NCBI GenBank assembly: GCA_964603405.1
Contig: CAZRUK010000004.1
Span: 1 to 27,197 of the forward strand
Reading direction: 5' to 3'
Source of the DNA: an uncultured Candidatus Saccharibacteria bacterium
GTDB lineage: Bacteria; Patescibacteriota; Minisyncoccia; Phycocordibacterales; DSPV01
Length of the DNA: 27,197 nt
This document shows positions 14,727-24,093 of the stretch, in pieces; the stretch's first letter is position 1, and the number at the start of each line of letters is the position of its first letter. The notes below the pieces were generated by a model, which was not told the DNA's origin, did no database searches, and saw only the letters and a list, made by a program, of their open reading frames with translations. The translations under genes and the position numbers were made by a program.

Positions 14727-15739
14727 GTAAAACCAAACCAACCAAAAACAACACCAAGGAGGACACCTTTCTTGATCAAACTCTGAGGCCAACCGAGTGG
14801 GATCAATACATAGGCCAGAAAAATATCAAAGAAAACTTGAAAATCCTCCTCAAGGCGGCCAAAGAACGGGGCCACCCGCCCGAACATCTTATGTTTTACG
14901 GACCGCCGGGCCTCGGCAAAACCACTCTTGCCTATCTTGTCGCGAGCGAGATTGGCGGGCAAATGAAAGTTACTTCTGGACCAACGATAGAAAAGGTTGG
15001 CGATTTAGCTTCTGTGCTGACAAATTTATCCCCGGGCGACATCCTTTTTATTGATGAAATTCATCGTCTAAACAAAACCATCGAGGAAGTTCTCTACCCC
15101 GCCATGGAATCGGGATCGCTTAATATAATTCTCGGCAAAGGACCATCAGCTCGAACCATCCAGTTGGAATTGCCACCTTTCACTTTAGTGGCCGCCACCA
15201 CCAGAATCGCAATGGTCAGCTCGCCTTTGCGCAGTCGTTTTTCCGGCGGCGTCTTCCGATTAGATTTTTATAGTCACGAAGATATAGAAAAAATCATAGA
15301 ACGCTCGGCAAAAATTCTGGGTGTAGATTTGCCTGAGGAAGCGACGAAGGAAATTTCCAAACGAAGTCGATTCACTCCAAGAACCGCGAATTATCTCCTG
15401 AAACGCTGTCGCGACTACGCTCAAATAAAAAAGACCGGCTTGGATAAAAAGACCGCTATAGAAGCACTGGCGCTTATTGGTGTTGACGATATGGGGCTTT
15501 TGCCTTCGGACAGACAAATGCTTGAAGTTATAATAGAAAAATTCGGCGGGGGTCCTGTTGGTCTCGGCACTATTTCTGCAGCCCTATCCGAGGATGAGGC
15601 CACCCTCGAGGAATATAATGAACCATACCTTATGCAAATCGGGTTTATCGACAGAACACCGCGTGGCAGAACTGTTACGGAACATGGCTATAAACACTTG
15701 TCGAAAAAACCTAAACCCTCGCAGAAAAAACTTATTTAA
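14720..15739 (+). CDS. ruvB: Holliday junction branch migration helicase RuvB
   Basis: LRP..WDQYIGQ, GPPGLGKTTLA, LFIDEIHRL, FTLVAATTR, SPLRSRF and RFTPRTAN. Confidence 0.98.
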   Translation: MSSKTKPTKNNTKEDTFLDQTLRPTEWDQYIGQKNIKENLKILLKAAKERGHPPEHLMFYGPPGLGKTTLAYLVASEIGGQMKVTSGPTIEKVGDLASVLTNLSPGDILFIDEIHRLNKTIEEVLYPAMESGSLNIILGKGPSARTIQLELPPFTLVAATTRIAMVSSPLRSRFSGGVFRLDFYSHEDIEKIIERSAKILGVDLPEEATKEISKRSRFTPRTANYLLKRCRDYAQIKKTGLDKKTAIEALALIGVDDMGLLPSDRQMLEVIIEKFGGGPVGLGTISAALSEDEATLEEYNEPYLMQIGFIDRTPRGRTVTEHGYKHLSKKPKPSQKKLI

Positions 15740-15744
15740 AAAGA

Positions 15745-15768
15745 GTGGCAAGCCCATGGGCTTGCCAC
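15745..15768. terminator. Perfect 24-bp palindrome between convergent genes
   Basis: gtggcaagccca/tgggcttgccac; U-tract (tctttttaa) on the minus side. Confidence 0.6.
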
Positions 15769-15783
15769 GAGATCGTTTGGCCG

Positions 15784-15984
15784 TTACAGCCATGCGGGGT
15801 TAATCCCCTTCTCTTCGGCTTCAAGCCTGAGTGCCGCAATCTCTGCCAGGGCTTCGTCAACCTTTTTTTGGTCGGTCGCCCATTTAGGGTTTAACCTTGG
15901 TTGCGCAATCTCAATCCCGAGTCTGTTGTGGGCAAGATTCCACCTGCTTATATAAACCGTGGGGGCCGTCGATTCTTCGCTCAT
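15784..15984 (-). CDS. Small hypothetical protein (~66 aa)
   Basis: MSEESTAPTVY...; AAAGGA precedes the ATG at 15984; predicted helical C-terminus. Confidence 0.5.
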   Translation of the reverse strand: MSEESTAPTVYISRWNLAHNRLGIEIAQPRLNPKWATDQKKVDEALAEIAALRLEAEEKGINPAWL

Positions 15985-16069
15985 AAAAATCCTTTCTTTT
16001 AATCTGAATACAGAATAATCCTTCGTCAAAAATATGTCCATCTTATGCAAGCTTGGTTTTTTATTCAAA

Positions 16070-16104
16070 AAGCTATAAGCTAAAAGCTAATAGCTAAAAG
16101 CTTT
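16070..16104 (+). repeat. Five-unit heptamer array just upstream of the yebC start
   Basis: aagctat aagctaa aagctaa tagctaa aagcttt tt ATG. Confidence 0.9.
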
Positions 16105-16106
16105 TT

Positions 16107-16634
16107 ATGTCTGGACATAATAAATGGTGCCAAATAAAAAGACAGAAGGAAAAAACTGACGCCAAAAAAAGCCAGACTTTTTCGAAAATGGCCAAGATGA
16201 TTAGTGTTGAGGCCAAATTGGCGGGCGGCAATCGCGATGCGCCCGGCCTTAAGTCAGCCATCGAAAAAGCCAAAGCGGCCAATGTGCCGAACGATAATAT
16301 CGAAAGAGCTATTAAAAAGGCTTCCGAGCCGGGGGCTGGCATGGAAACAATTACCTACGAGGCTTACGGGCCGGGGGGTGTAGCGATGATTATCGAATGT
16401 TTGACCAACAACAGAAACAAAGCGGCCCAAGAAGTAAAATTCATTCTTTCCAAGTATGGCACCGGTCTCGGCGGCATCGGGAGTGTTACTTGGGCTTTCG
16501 AAAAAAATCACAGCGGCTGGGCTCCTAAAACTACCATACCTCTTGGAAACATCGATTTGGAAAATCTAGAGAAACTCGTTGATGAGCTTGAAGCAAACGA
16601 GGAAGTGCAGGAAATTTACACAAATGCAGAATAG
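16107..16634 (+). CDS. yebC: YebC/PmpR-family protein, shortened (175 aa)
   Basis: MSGHNKW, ANVPNDNIERAIKK, YEAYGPGGVA..IECLTNNRN and EEVQEIYTN. Confidence 0.93.
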   Translation: MSGHNKWCQIKRQKEKTDAKKSQTFSKMAKMISVEAKLAGGNRDAPGLKSAIEKAKAANVPNDNIERAIKKASEPGAGMETITYEAYGPGGVAMIIECLTNNRNKAAQEVKFILSKYGTGLGGIGSVTWAFEKNHSGWAPKTTIPLGNIDLENLEKLVDELEANEEVQEIYTNAE

Positions 16635-17127
16635 AGGTTCGCGATTAAGGGTTTTGGCTATCGATCCTGGATTTGCCAGAATCGGCGTGGCGGTTCTGGA
16701 GAAAGATAGAACCGGCGAGAAACTTTTATTTTCGTGCTGCCTGTCAACGGATAAGGAATCGGAAAAATCAGACCGTCTTGCTATTATCGCAAATTTTATA
16801 GAAGAAAAAACCAACCAATTTAAACCGAACGCTCTGGCCATAGAAGACCTTTTCTTTTCAAAAAATCAAAAAACCGCCCTCGGGGTAGCGGAAGCGCGAG
16901 GCGTGGTGCTTGCCGAGGCCTCAAAAAATAATTTGAAGGTTTTTCAATACAAACCAAGAGAAATAAAAATTGCCGTGACAGGCTACGGCGCAAGCGACAA
17001 AAAACAGGTTACCGAGATGGTGAAAAAGCTTCTAAAAATGGGGAATGAAAAAAAACTGGATGATGAGTACGACGCCATCGCCATCGGCCTAACACATCTG
17101 GCCTGTGTTGGTCAGACAAACATCTAA
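16624..17127 (+). CDS. ruvC: Crossover junction endodeoxyribonuclease RuvC
   Basis: VLAIDPG, LAIEDLFF, AEARGV, TGYGASDKKQV and DDEYDAIAIG. Start moved to the ATG at 16624. Confidence 0.96.
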   Translation: MQNRGSRLRVLAIDPGFARIGVAVLEKDRTGEKLLFSCCLSTDKESEKSDRLAIIANFIEEKTNQFKPNALAIEDLFFSKNQKTALGVAEARGVVLAEASKNNLKVFQYKPREIKIAVTGYGASDKKQVTEMVKKLLKMGNEKKLDDEYDAIAIGLTHLACVGQTNI

Positions 17128-17193
17128 CTTTAAAACTCTTCTAAAATTTTCTTACTTCTGAAACCATATCTTTAGAAGTAATAAAGGGAGGAA

Positions 17194-18408
17194 TTACTGT
17201 CTAACCTTAATTTTTATGAACCGCTTCTTCCCTACCCGAACAGATAAGTCGGATTCAATTTTGAAAAACGGATCTGTTATAACTTCACCTCCAAACACGG
17301 AAATGGCCTTTTCATCAACCAATCGCCGGAATTCGGTTTTTGAAGAAACTAAACCGGACGAAAGGAGGGCTTCTGAAAGCAAGCCGCCCTTTGGAGAAAT
17401 GAATTCCGGAGAATCTGAAGGAAAACTTCCCTCTTTAAATGTTGAATCGAAATCCTCGGCTACTCGCTCCGCGTCTTTGTCGGTGTGGTAAAAAGAAACA
17501 ATTTTTTTAGCCAGAATGATTTTGGCGTTTTTTGGATTCATATTCCCCGTTTCCATCTCGGCGCCAATTCTTTTTATTTCCGCCTCCTCCGTATCGGTGC
17601 ACAAAAGCAAATACTTGGTAATCAGCTCGTCTTTAAGAGACATAATTTTGCCGAACATCTCTTTTGGAGAATCAGTGGTGTTGATGACATTTCCCCAAGA
17701 AGTGCTCATTTTCCGCCCGTCCGTTCCCTCAAGCATTGAAGTGGTGAGAATGTCTTGTTCTGTCTGCCCGTAATGCCTTTGAATTGTTCGGCCAGCCTTA
17801 AGATTAAAAAGCTGATCAAAACCGCCAATCTCCACGTCTGCTTTTACCACAACCGAGTCGTAACCCTGCATCAGCGGATAGAGAAATTCCCTTAGAGAAA
17901 CCTCTTCGCCCCGGTCAAAGCGTTCCTTAAAATTGCGGCGGCCGGACATTTGTTGGATAGAAAAACTTTCGGCAAGCTCGGCAACTTCTCCAAAATTCAG
18001 TTTTGACAACCATTTGCTGTTGAAATGGAATTCCGCCCTGCCAAGATCAATTATTTTGCCAACTTGAAATTTGTAATTCTTTAAGTTGTCCGCTATTTGT
18101 TTATCGGTAAGAAAGGGTCTTTTTTCAAGTTTGTCCGAGGGGTCGCCAATTTTCGCCGTGAAATCACCGACGATAAAAACGATTTTATGTCCCAAATCCT
18201 GAAACTCCCGAAGTTTTCTTAGAATTATCGCCCGGCCGATGTGAATTTTGGAACCTGTTGGATCAAAGCCAAGCTTCACCCGCAATTGTCTCCCCGACAA
18301 AAGCTTCTTTTCCAAATCATCTTTTACAAAAATCTCCTCCACCCCCCTCGAGAGAAGGCGGTTTATACGAACCCTATCGGTCAATATCTTATGGCCAAAA
18401 CCCAACAT
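17194..18408 (-). CDS. tyrS: Tyrosine--tRNA ligase
   Basis: GFDPTG..IHIG (HIGH), YPLMQGYD, GGFDQLFN, KMSTS and a C-terminal S4 domain (VGKKRF). Confidence 0.97.
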   Translation of the reverse strand: MLGFGHKILTDRVRINRLLSRGVEEIFVKDDLEKKLLSGRQLRVKLGFDPTGSKIHIGRAIILRKLREFQDLGHKIVFIVGDFTAKIGDPSDKLEKRPFLTDKQIADNLKNYKFQVGKIIDLGRAEFHFNSKWLSKLNFGEVAELAESFSIQQMSGRRNFKERFDRGEEVSLREFLYPLMQGYDSVVVKADVEIGGFDQLFNLKAGRTIQRHYGQTEQDILTTSMLEGTDGRKMSTSWGNVINTTDSPKEMFGKIMSLKDELITKYLLLCTDTEEAEIKRIGAEMETGNMNPKNAKIILAKKIVSFYHTDKDAERVAEDFDSTFKEGSFPSDSPEFISPKGGLLSEALLSSGLVSSKTEFRRLVDEKAISVFGGEVITDPFFKIESDLSVRVGKKRFIKIKVRQ

Positions 18409-18482
18409 AAGAATAATTTACCATAAAAAACGGCTCAAGACAGCCGATTGTTTAATTCCTTTTCGGTTGATAATATAGCCAG

Positions 18483-21008
18483 ATGAAAAGAAGGGGGTCT
18501 AGACACCATCATTTCCTGAGATTTATCGCCTTTTTTGGGTTATCCTGCTGTCTTGTGGTGGGCGGAATTTTCTTTTTGTGGATTGCCAGTTTTAAAATCC
18601 CCTCTCCAGAGAGTTTCAATCAAAGAGTGGTGGTAGAGCCGACAAAAATCTATGACCGAACAGGAGAAATTATGCTTTACGAAACCCATCCAGATATAAA
18701 AAGAACCATTCTGTCTTTCGATCAGATAAGCAGGAACATAAAAAACGCCACTATCGCCATCGAGGACGCCGAGTTTTACCAACACCATGGAGTCCGGCCT
18801 CTGTCTTTCCTACGCGCCGTTATTGCCAACATAAGTTCTGGTTCTTTTCAACAAGGAGGTTCGACAATAACCCAACAAGTAGTTAAAAACAGCATTCTGA
18901 CAAAAGAAAAGACCATTACCAGAAAACTCAAAGAGTGGGTGCTCGCTTTTCGTTTGGAGCAAATTTTAAGTAAGGAAGAAATTCTTGCTATGTATCTGAA
19001 TGAATCGCCCTACGGAGGAACTATTTATGGAATAGAGGAAGCTTCTCAGGCCTATTTAGACAAAAAAACTTCGGATTTAACAGTGGCTGAATCAGCTTAT
19101 CTCGCTTCGCTACCAAACGCCCCAACTTATTATTCTCCTTATGGAAATCACAAGGATAAGTTGGAGGAAAGAAAAAATTTGGTTCTCCAAAAAATGCTTG
19201 ATAATAATTTCATAACAGAGGAAGAATATAAAAAAGCTTTGGCTGAGAAAGTGGTTTTTCGCCCACAAGGCGACACAAGCCTGAAAGCTCCGCATTTTGT
19301 TTTTTACGTCAAAGAATATCTGGAACAAAAATACGGCCGTGAGGCGGTTGAAAACCAAGGACTTAAAGTGGTTACCACTCTAGATTATGACCTTGAGCAA
19401 AAAGCCGAGGAAATTGTTAGGCGGTGGGCGTTATCCAATGAAAAGAATTTTAACGCCGAGAACGCTTCTTTGGTGGCTATCGAAGCTGAAACAGGACAAA
19501 TTCTCGTTATGGTGGGCTCCCGAGATTATTTTGACGAGAACATAGAAGGAAACTTTAACGCCACCCTATCACACAGACAACCGGGTTCAGCTTTCAAACC
19601 ATTTGTTTACGCAACAGCTTTCATGAAGGGTTACACTCCTGAAACCACTGTTTTCGATCTCAAAACAGAGTTTTCAACTTTCTGTAACCCCGATGGCTCT
19701 CCGAAACTGCCGGAAGACGAGGATAAATGTTATCAACCGGTTAACTACGACGAAATTTACAGAGGCCCGGTCACGTTAAGAAACGCCTTGGCGCAATCAA
19801 TAAACGTTCCAGCAATCAAAGTTCTTTATCTGGCGGGACTAAAAGATTCTCTACAGGTAGCCAAAGATATTGGCATAAATTCTTTGGATAAGCCAGACCT
19901 ATACGGACTCACTCTTGTTTTGGGCGGCGGCGAAGTTTCCCTACTTGATATAACAAGCGCCTATTCTGTCTTCGCCAATAAAGGAATTCGAAATAACCCC
20001 GTGGCAATTCTTGAGATAAGAGATAAAAACAATAATTTAATCGAGAAATATCAGCAAAGACCTTACCGGGTGCTACCTGAAGAAGTCACCCTGACCGTCT
20101 CCGATGTTTTGTCCGACAATAAAGCGCGCGCGCCAGCCTTCGGGGAAAACTCTTATCTTAATTTTCCAAACCGAGACGTTGCCGTTAAAACCGGAACCAC
20201 TAATGACTACCGTGATGCTTGGATTATAGGCTACACGCCCAAAATAGCCGTCGGAGCGTGGGCGGGAAATAACGACAACAGCCCTATGGAGAAAAAGGTT
20301 GCTGGTTTCATCATCGCCCCGCTCTGGAACGAATTTATGCAAACTATTTTGGCTTCGAGTTCGCCCGACGAGAAGTTTGAGAAGCCGGAGGAAAAAGATT
20401 TGTCGGTATTAAAACCGGTTCTGAGGGGGTTTTGGCAAGGTAATAAATCGTATTTCATAGACAGCATATCCGGCAAATTAGCCACAGCAAACACACCAAA
20501 GGAAACCCGTGTAGAAATGGTTGTTAAAGAGGTGCACTCGATACTTTATTGGGTAGACAGAAATAATCCCTTGGGAGAAAAACCAACCATTCCAAGCAAC
20601 GATCCACAATTTGATTACTGGGAATATGCGGTAAGAAAATGGGTAACCGAGCAAGGAATTTTCGAGGAAACGGAAGCGATTATTCCCACCACCCAAGACG
20701 ATATCCACATCCCCGAAAATTACCCGAGACTTTCCCTGTCCGGAATAAACACCAGCAAAGAATATGCAATTGGCGAAAGAGTCTTCTTCCAAACAAATTC
20801 AACCGGCCGCTACCCCTTAAAAAAGGTGGATTACTTCGTTAATAATAAATTTATTGGCTCTACGGTAATGGCGCCCTTCAATTATTCGTTCGTGCCGGAA
20901 ACAATAGAGGGCGTTGGAACAACAAATGTGTTAAAAGCCGTCGGCTATGACAGCGTCTACAACCAAGGAGAGGCCTCGGCTGTCTTTAATGTGAATTTTG
21001 TTCGTTAG
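18483..21008 (+). CDS. Class A penicillin-binding protein (transglycosylase/transpeptidase) with a C-terminal Ig-like extension
   Basis: EDAEFYQHHG, GGSTITQQ, RKLKE, YLNESPYG, RQPGSAFKP (SxxK), QSIN (SxN) and KTGT. Confidence 0.95.
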   Translation: MKRRGSRHHHFLRFIAFFGLSCCLVVGGIFFLWIASFKIPSPESFNQRVVVEPTKIYDRTGEIMLYETHPDIKRTILSFDQISRNIKNATIAIEDAEFYQHHGVRPLSFLRAVIANISSGSFQQGGSTITQQVVKNSILTKEKTITRKLKEWVLAFRLEQILSKEEILAMYLNESPYGGTIYGIEEASQAYLDKKTSDLTVAESAYLASLPNAPTYYSPYGNHKDKLEERKNLVLQKMLDNNFITEEEYKKALAEKVVFRPQGDTSLKAPHFVFYVKEYLEQKYGREAVENQGLKVVTTLDYDLEQKAEEIVRRWALSNEKNFNAENASLVAIEAETGQILVMVGSRDYFDENIEGNFNATLSHRQPGSAFKPFVYATAFMKGYTPETTVFDLKTEFSTFCNPDGSPKLPEDEDKCYQPVNYDEIYRGPVTLRNALAQSINVPAIKVLYLAGLKDSLQVAKDIGINSLDKPDLYGLTLVLGGGEVSLLDITSAYSVFANKGIRNNPVAILEIRDKNNNLIEKYQQRPYRVLPEEVTLTVSDVLSDNKARAPAFGENSYLNFPNRDVAVKTGTTNDYRDAWIIGYTPKIAVGAWAGNNDNSPMEKKVAGFIIAPLWNEFMQTILASSSPDEKFEKPEEKDLSVLKPVLRGFWQGNKSYFIDSISGKLATANTPKETRVEMVVKEVHSILYWVDRNNPLGEKPTIPSNDPQFDYWEYAVRKWVTEQGIFEETEAIIPTTQDDIHIPENYPRLSLSGINTSKEYAIGERVFFQTNSTGRYPLKKVDYFVNNKFIGSTVMAPFNYSFVPETIEGVGTTNVLKAVGYDSVYNQGEASAVFNVNFVR

Positions 21009-21010
21009 AG

Positions 21011-21271
21011 CTAAAACCAACTAACATCGGTGTACTTAGATTTACTGGTGGTATTTATGTTTTCTAAAATCTCCTGCTTCCTTAAATAAATTTGATTTTT
21101 CAATACCGGATCAGCTTCAAAATAAACCGTTTTATTTTTGAATTTAACATTTTTCTTGTCCAGATCGGCCCCAAACATATCATTTACAATTTTGGCGGCA
21201 ATTTCCATCCGCTGCTCCTCGCCGAGCAAAAGAGCGCTAACTCGCGACAGTAGTTCGGCAACACGTTTCAT
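21011..21271 (-). CDS. Small protein, probably DUF721/DciA-like (replicative helicase loader family)
   Basis: 86 aa, ATGA-coupled to the dnaN stop; VKFKNKTVYFEADPVLKNQIYLRKQEIL resembles the DUF721 beta-beta-helix pattern. Confidence 0.55.
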   Translation of the reverse strand: MKRVAELLSRVSALLLGEEQRMEIAAKIVNDMFGADLDKKNVKFKNKTVYFEADPVLKNQIYLRKQEILENINTTSKSKYTDVSWF

Positions 21272-22368
21272 TTATTCATTGGCATTACAAGGTAGGTGAA
21301 GGATTTGTCGCCCACCCCCTTGATAAGCATCGGCTTATGGTGCCCGTTGAAGCTTAAAACCACACTGTCGGATGTAATTGATTGGAAGCACTCGGAAATA
21401 TATTTATGGTTGAAGTTTATACTGAGGTCATCTCCTTTTATCACAGAGTCGAGGGAGATTGAGTTTCTTCCAATGTTTTGGTTTTCTGTGTTCAAAACTA
21501 AACTTTTTTTATTCTTATCGATGTTAAAACTTATCTGATTAAAATTGTTGGCAAAAATGTTTGAAAGCTTAATGGCGTTGATGAGATCTTGCTTCAAAAC
21601 CACAACTTCTGTTTTGCTTTCTTTTGGCAAAATCTGCTCGTAATCCGGAAAATTTCCCTCTACCACCCGGGAAGACACTGTGTCCTCGCCAAAAGACAAG
21701 GAAATTTGGTTTTTACTCACACTTATTTCCAAAACATCCTCAACGTCGTCCAGAATTCTTATTATTTCCGCGGTGTTTCTGAAGGGAAGAAGAATATACC
21801 CGAAATCCTTGAGGTTTTTTACCAAAACCCTTTTTTCCGCCAAACGAAAAGAATCTGTGGCCGCAAAAATCATCGTTTCGTGCGAGCTTGAAATATAAAC
21901 ACTGGAAAGTTCGGGTTTCATATTTGACGTTGCGCTTGAGTACCAAACCGACTTTAGGCCGCCCAGGAACGCTCTTGCTGGAATTTTTACCTTCACCCCG
22001 CTATCAACTTGTGGAATTATCGGGAAGTCTTTCGGGTTTTGGGTGTTTATGATTGTTTTGGTGGTTTTTGTCTCCAACACAAGATTATTTTCCTTGGGAT
22101 ACACGGAAATACTCGAGTTGTCCGGGATTTGGGAGACAAGGTTGTAAAAAACAGAAGCCGATACAGCAACAACTCCATTCCCCTGGCCCTTAACAGGCAC
22201 ACTCATTTTCACACCAAGATCCAGGTTGGTGGCGCTTAAAGTCAAAATATTCCCTTTTAAATCCAAAAGGATACATTCTAATATTGGCAGATTTAAATTT
22301 TATCCAGAAACTTTTTCCACCTTATATAACACCGGCACCAATCTGTTTTTTAATAATTCAAATTTCAT
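21268..22368 (-). CDS. dnaN: DNA polymerase III beta sliding clamp, interrupted by an in-frame TAA at codon 23 (22300-22302) as given
   Basis: Reading from the ATG at 22368: MKFELLKNRLVPVLYKVEKVSG*NLNLPILECILLDLKGNILTLSATNLDLG, in frame with the tracked ORF; ATDSFRL, FPDYEQI and YLVMPM motifs follow. Confidence 0.92.
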
Positions 22369-22568
22369 ATAAATAATTTATTATAGTTATTAGAACTGTT
22401 TATATGTGGATTTTCCAACATACCCTTATTTTTCTTAGTATAAACACCTTTTTTATCCACAGCTTTTTGTTAATTTCTACTAACAAAGAGGTTTAATTTT
22501 TTGATATCCGTTTTTTCTGTGTGGAAATTAACTGTTTTTAAACAAGTTTCTAAACAACTTATTAACAA
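22369..22568. promoter_or_regulatory. Chromosomal replication origin (oriC) between dnaA and dnaN
   Basis: Very AT-rich 200 bp; perfect DnaA box TTATCCACA (22453-22461); near-matches at 22405-22413, 22520-22528 and 22559-22567; AT-only stretch beside dnaN as a likely unwinding element. Confidence 0.85.
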
Positions 22569-23909
22569 CTAAATCATCGACCGAATCTGATTTAACTCCT
22601 GAGATAGAACAGGGTCTGTTTTTAATTCATTTTTGATTTTTTCACAGGAGTGGATGACGGTGGTGTGATCTCTGCCGCCAAGTTTTTGACCGATAGAAGG
22701 GAAAGAAATGCTGAAATCCTCCCTAAGAATATACATAATAAGTTGGCGGGGTTTAACAACCTCCTTCCTTCTTGTCTTTTCATATATACAGTTTTCCTCG
22801 ATATTGTAAAAATCGGATATTATTTTTATCACCTCCTTAACAGAAATATTTTTCTTTGGTTTGGCGGAATTCCTTATAAGATTTTTAATTTCCTGAACGG
22901 ACAAATCTTTTCCTTTGAGTTGGGTTTGGCAAATAATCGAATTAACCATTCCCTCAAGCTCCCTAATATTTGTGTCCATATTAGTGGCGATAAAATCTAT
23001 TATCTCAACAGGCAACTGGTAATTTTGCTGGGCGGCCTTGGTTTTTATAATCGCCTGCCTGGATTCGTGGTCCGGCTGGGGAATATCCACTATCATTCCG
23101 GCCGCAAAACGGGATTTCAGTCTATCTTCCAAATTTGGGATGAAATTTGGGTGTTTGTCCGAGGAAAAAACAATTTGTTTGTTGTCGTTATACAAACTAT
23201 TGAACAAATGGAAAAGTTCTTCTTGGGTTTTTTCTTTATTAGAAAGAAACTGAATGTCGTCCATAATAAAAACATCGTATCTTCTATATTTTTCTTTAAA
23301 CTGGCTTACTCTTTGGGCCTGAATCGAATTAACCAGCTCCGAAGTGAATCTTTCCGAGGTGATGTAAAAAATTTTCTTTTCCTTGTAGCTGGTTTTTATC
23401 TGATTTCCTACAGCTTGGATCAAATGTGTCTTGCCGTGGCCGGTTCCGCCGTAAACAAATAACGGATTGTAAACCAGCCCCGGCTTTTTAACCACCGCTT
23501 GGGCGGCCGCGTGGGCCAGTTCATTAAAAGGTCCGATGATAAGCGAGTCAAAACTATACCTCGGATTCAGATTGTCTTCCTTATTGATGTAGTATTCCTG
23601 CAACGGCAGTTCCCTGTTTATGGTTTGTATGGGAGGGTCTTTTTCCTGGGATGGTTTATATTTTCCCGATATTAAATAATCCACGTTTCGCACATGCTCG
23701 GCGAAAGAACGGATGAATTTAAGGATAAGTTTGTGATACTTATTAACCAGCCACTCCTTAACAAAAGCGTTTGGAACATTAATGTAAATAATCCCGTCTT
23801 CTTGTTTAACAACGTAAGTGTCTTTAAACCATGTGTTGAAATTGGCAGGCGAGACATTTAGCTTGATTTCCTCAAGAACGCTACCCCAAAGTTTTTTGCC
23901 GTCTGTCAT
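22569..23909 (-). CDS. dnaA: Chromosomal replication initiator DnaA
   Basis: LNPRYSFD, YNPLFVYGGTGHGKTHL, DDIQFL, RLKSRF, NIRELEG and GGRDHTTVIH. Confidence 0.99.
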   Translation of the reverse strand: MTDGKKLWGSVLEEIKLNVSPANFNTWFKDTYVVKQEDGIIYINVPNAFVKEWLVNKYHKLILKFIRSFAEHVRNVDYLISGKYKPSQEKDPPIQTINRELPLQEYYINKEDNLNPRYSFDSLIIGPFNELAHAAAQAVVKKPGLVYNPLFVYGGTGHGKTHLIQAVGNQIKTSYKEKKIFYITSERFTSELVNSIQAQRVSQFKEKYRRYDVFIMDDIQFLSNKEKTQEELFHLFNSLYNDNKQIVFSSDKHPNFIPNLEDRLKSRFAAGMIVDIPQPDHESRQAIIKTKAAQQNYQLPVEIIDFIATNMDTNIRELEGMVNSIICQTQLKGKDLSVQEIKNLIRNSAKPKKNISVKEVIKIISDFYNIEENCIYEKTRRKEVVKPRQLIMYILREDFSISFPSIGQKLGGRDHTTVIHSCEKIKNELKTDPVLSQELNQIRSMI

Positions 23910-23973
23910 TTCGTTTTTTGAAGTTAAAAATTACGTAAGAGTAATTATATACTGCTTCGAGACAAGTAAAACT

Positions 23974-23982
23974 TGTGAAAAA
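23974..23982 (-). promoter_or_regulatory. DnaA box upstream of dnaA
   Basis: TTTTTCACA fits TTWTNCACA; lies ~25 nt upstream of a TATAAT at 23944-23949 (minus). Confidence 0.5.
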
Positions 23983-24093
23983 CCCCCACTTATGTTCGTA
24001 AGCTGTTAATATGCTGGGGAAATTTTTTAAACCCGATTATACCAACAAGGGAATGGGTTTGATGGTTTGTGTTTTTTCTGTTAAAGTGCTCGT

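Noticed and set aside
18409-18482. T-box riboswitch upstream of tyrS
   Set aside because: Only 74 bp, shared with a divergent gene, and the -10 box sits 6 nt before the ATG.
21009-21024. Sixth heptamer array after the PBP stop
   Set aside because: Only one or two recognisable units (gagctaa); insufficient.
22650-23462. 270-aa plus-strand ORF and the other long antisense ORFs in the track
   Set aside because: They are shadows of well-supported genes (dnaA, polA, dnaN and others) with no recognisable motifs or initiation signals.
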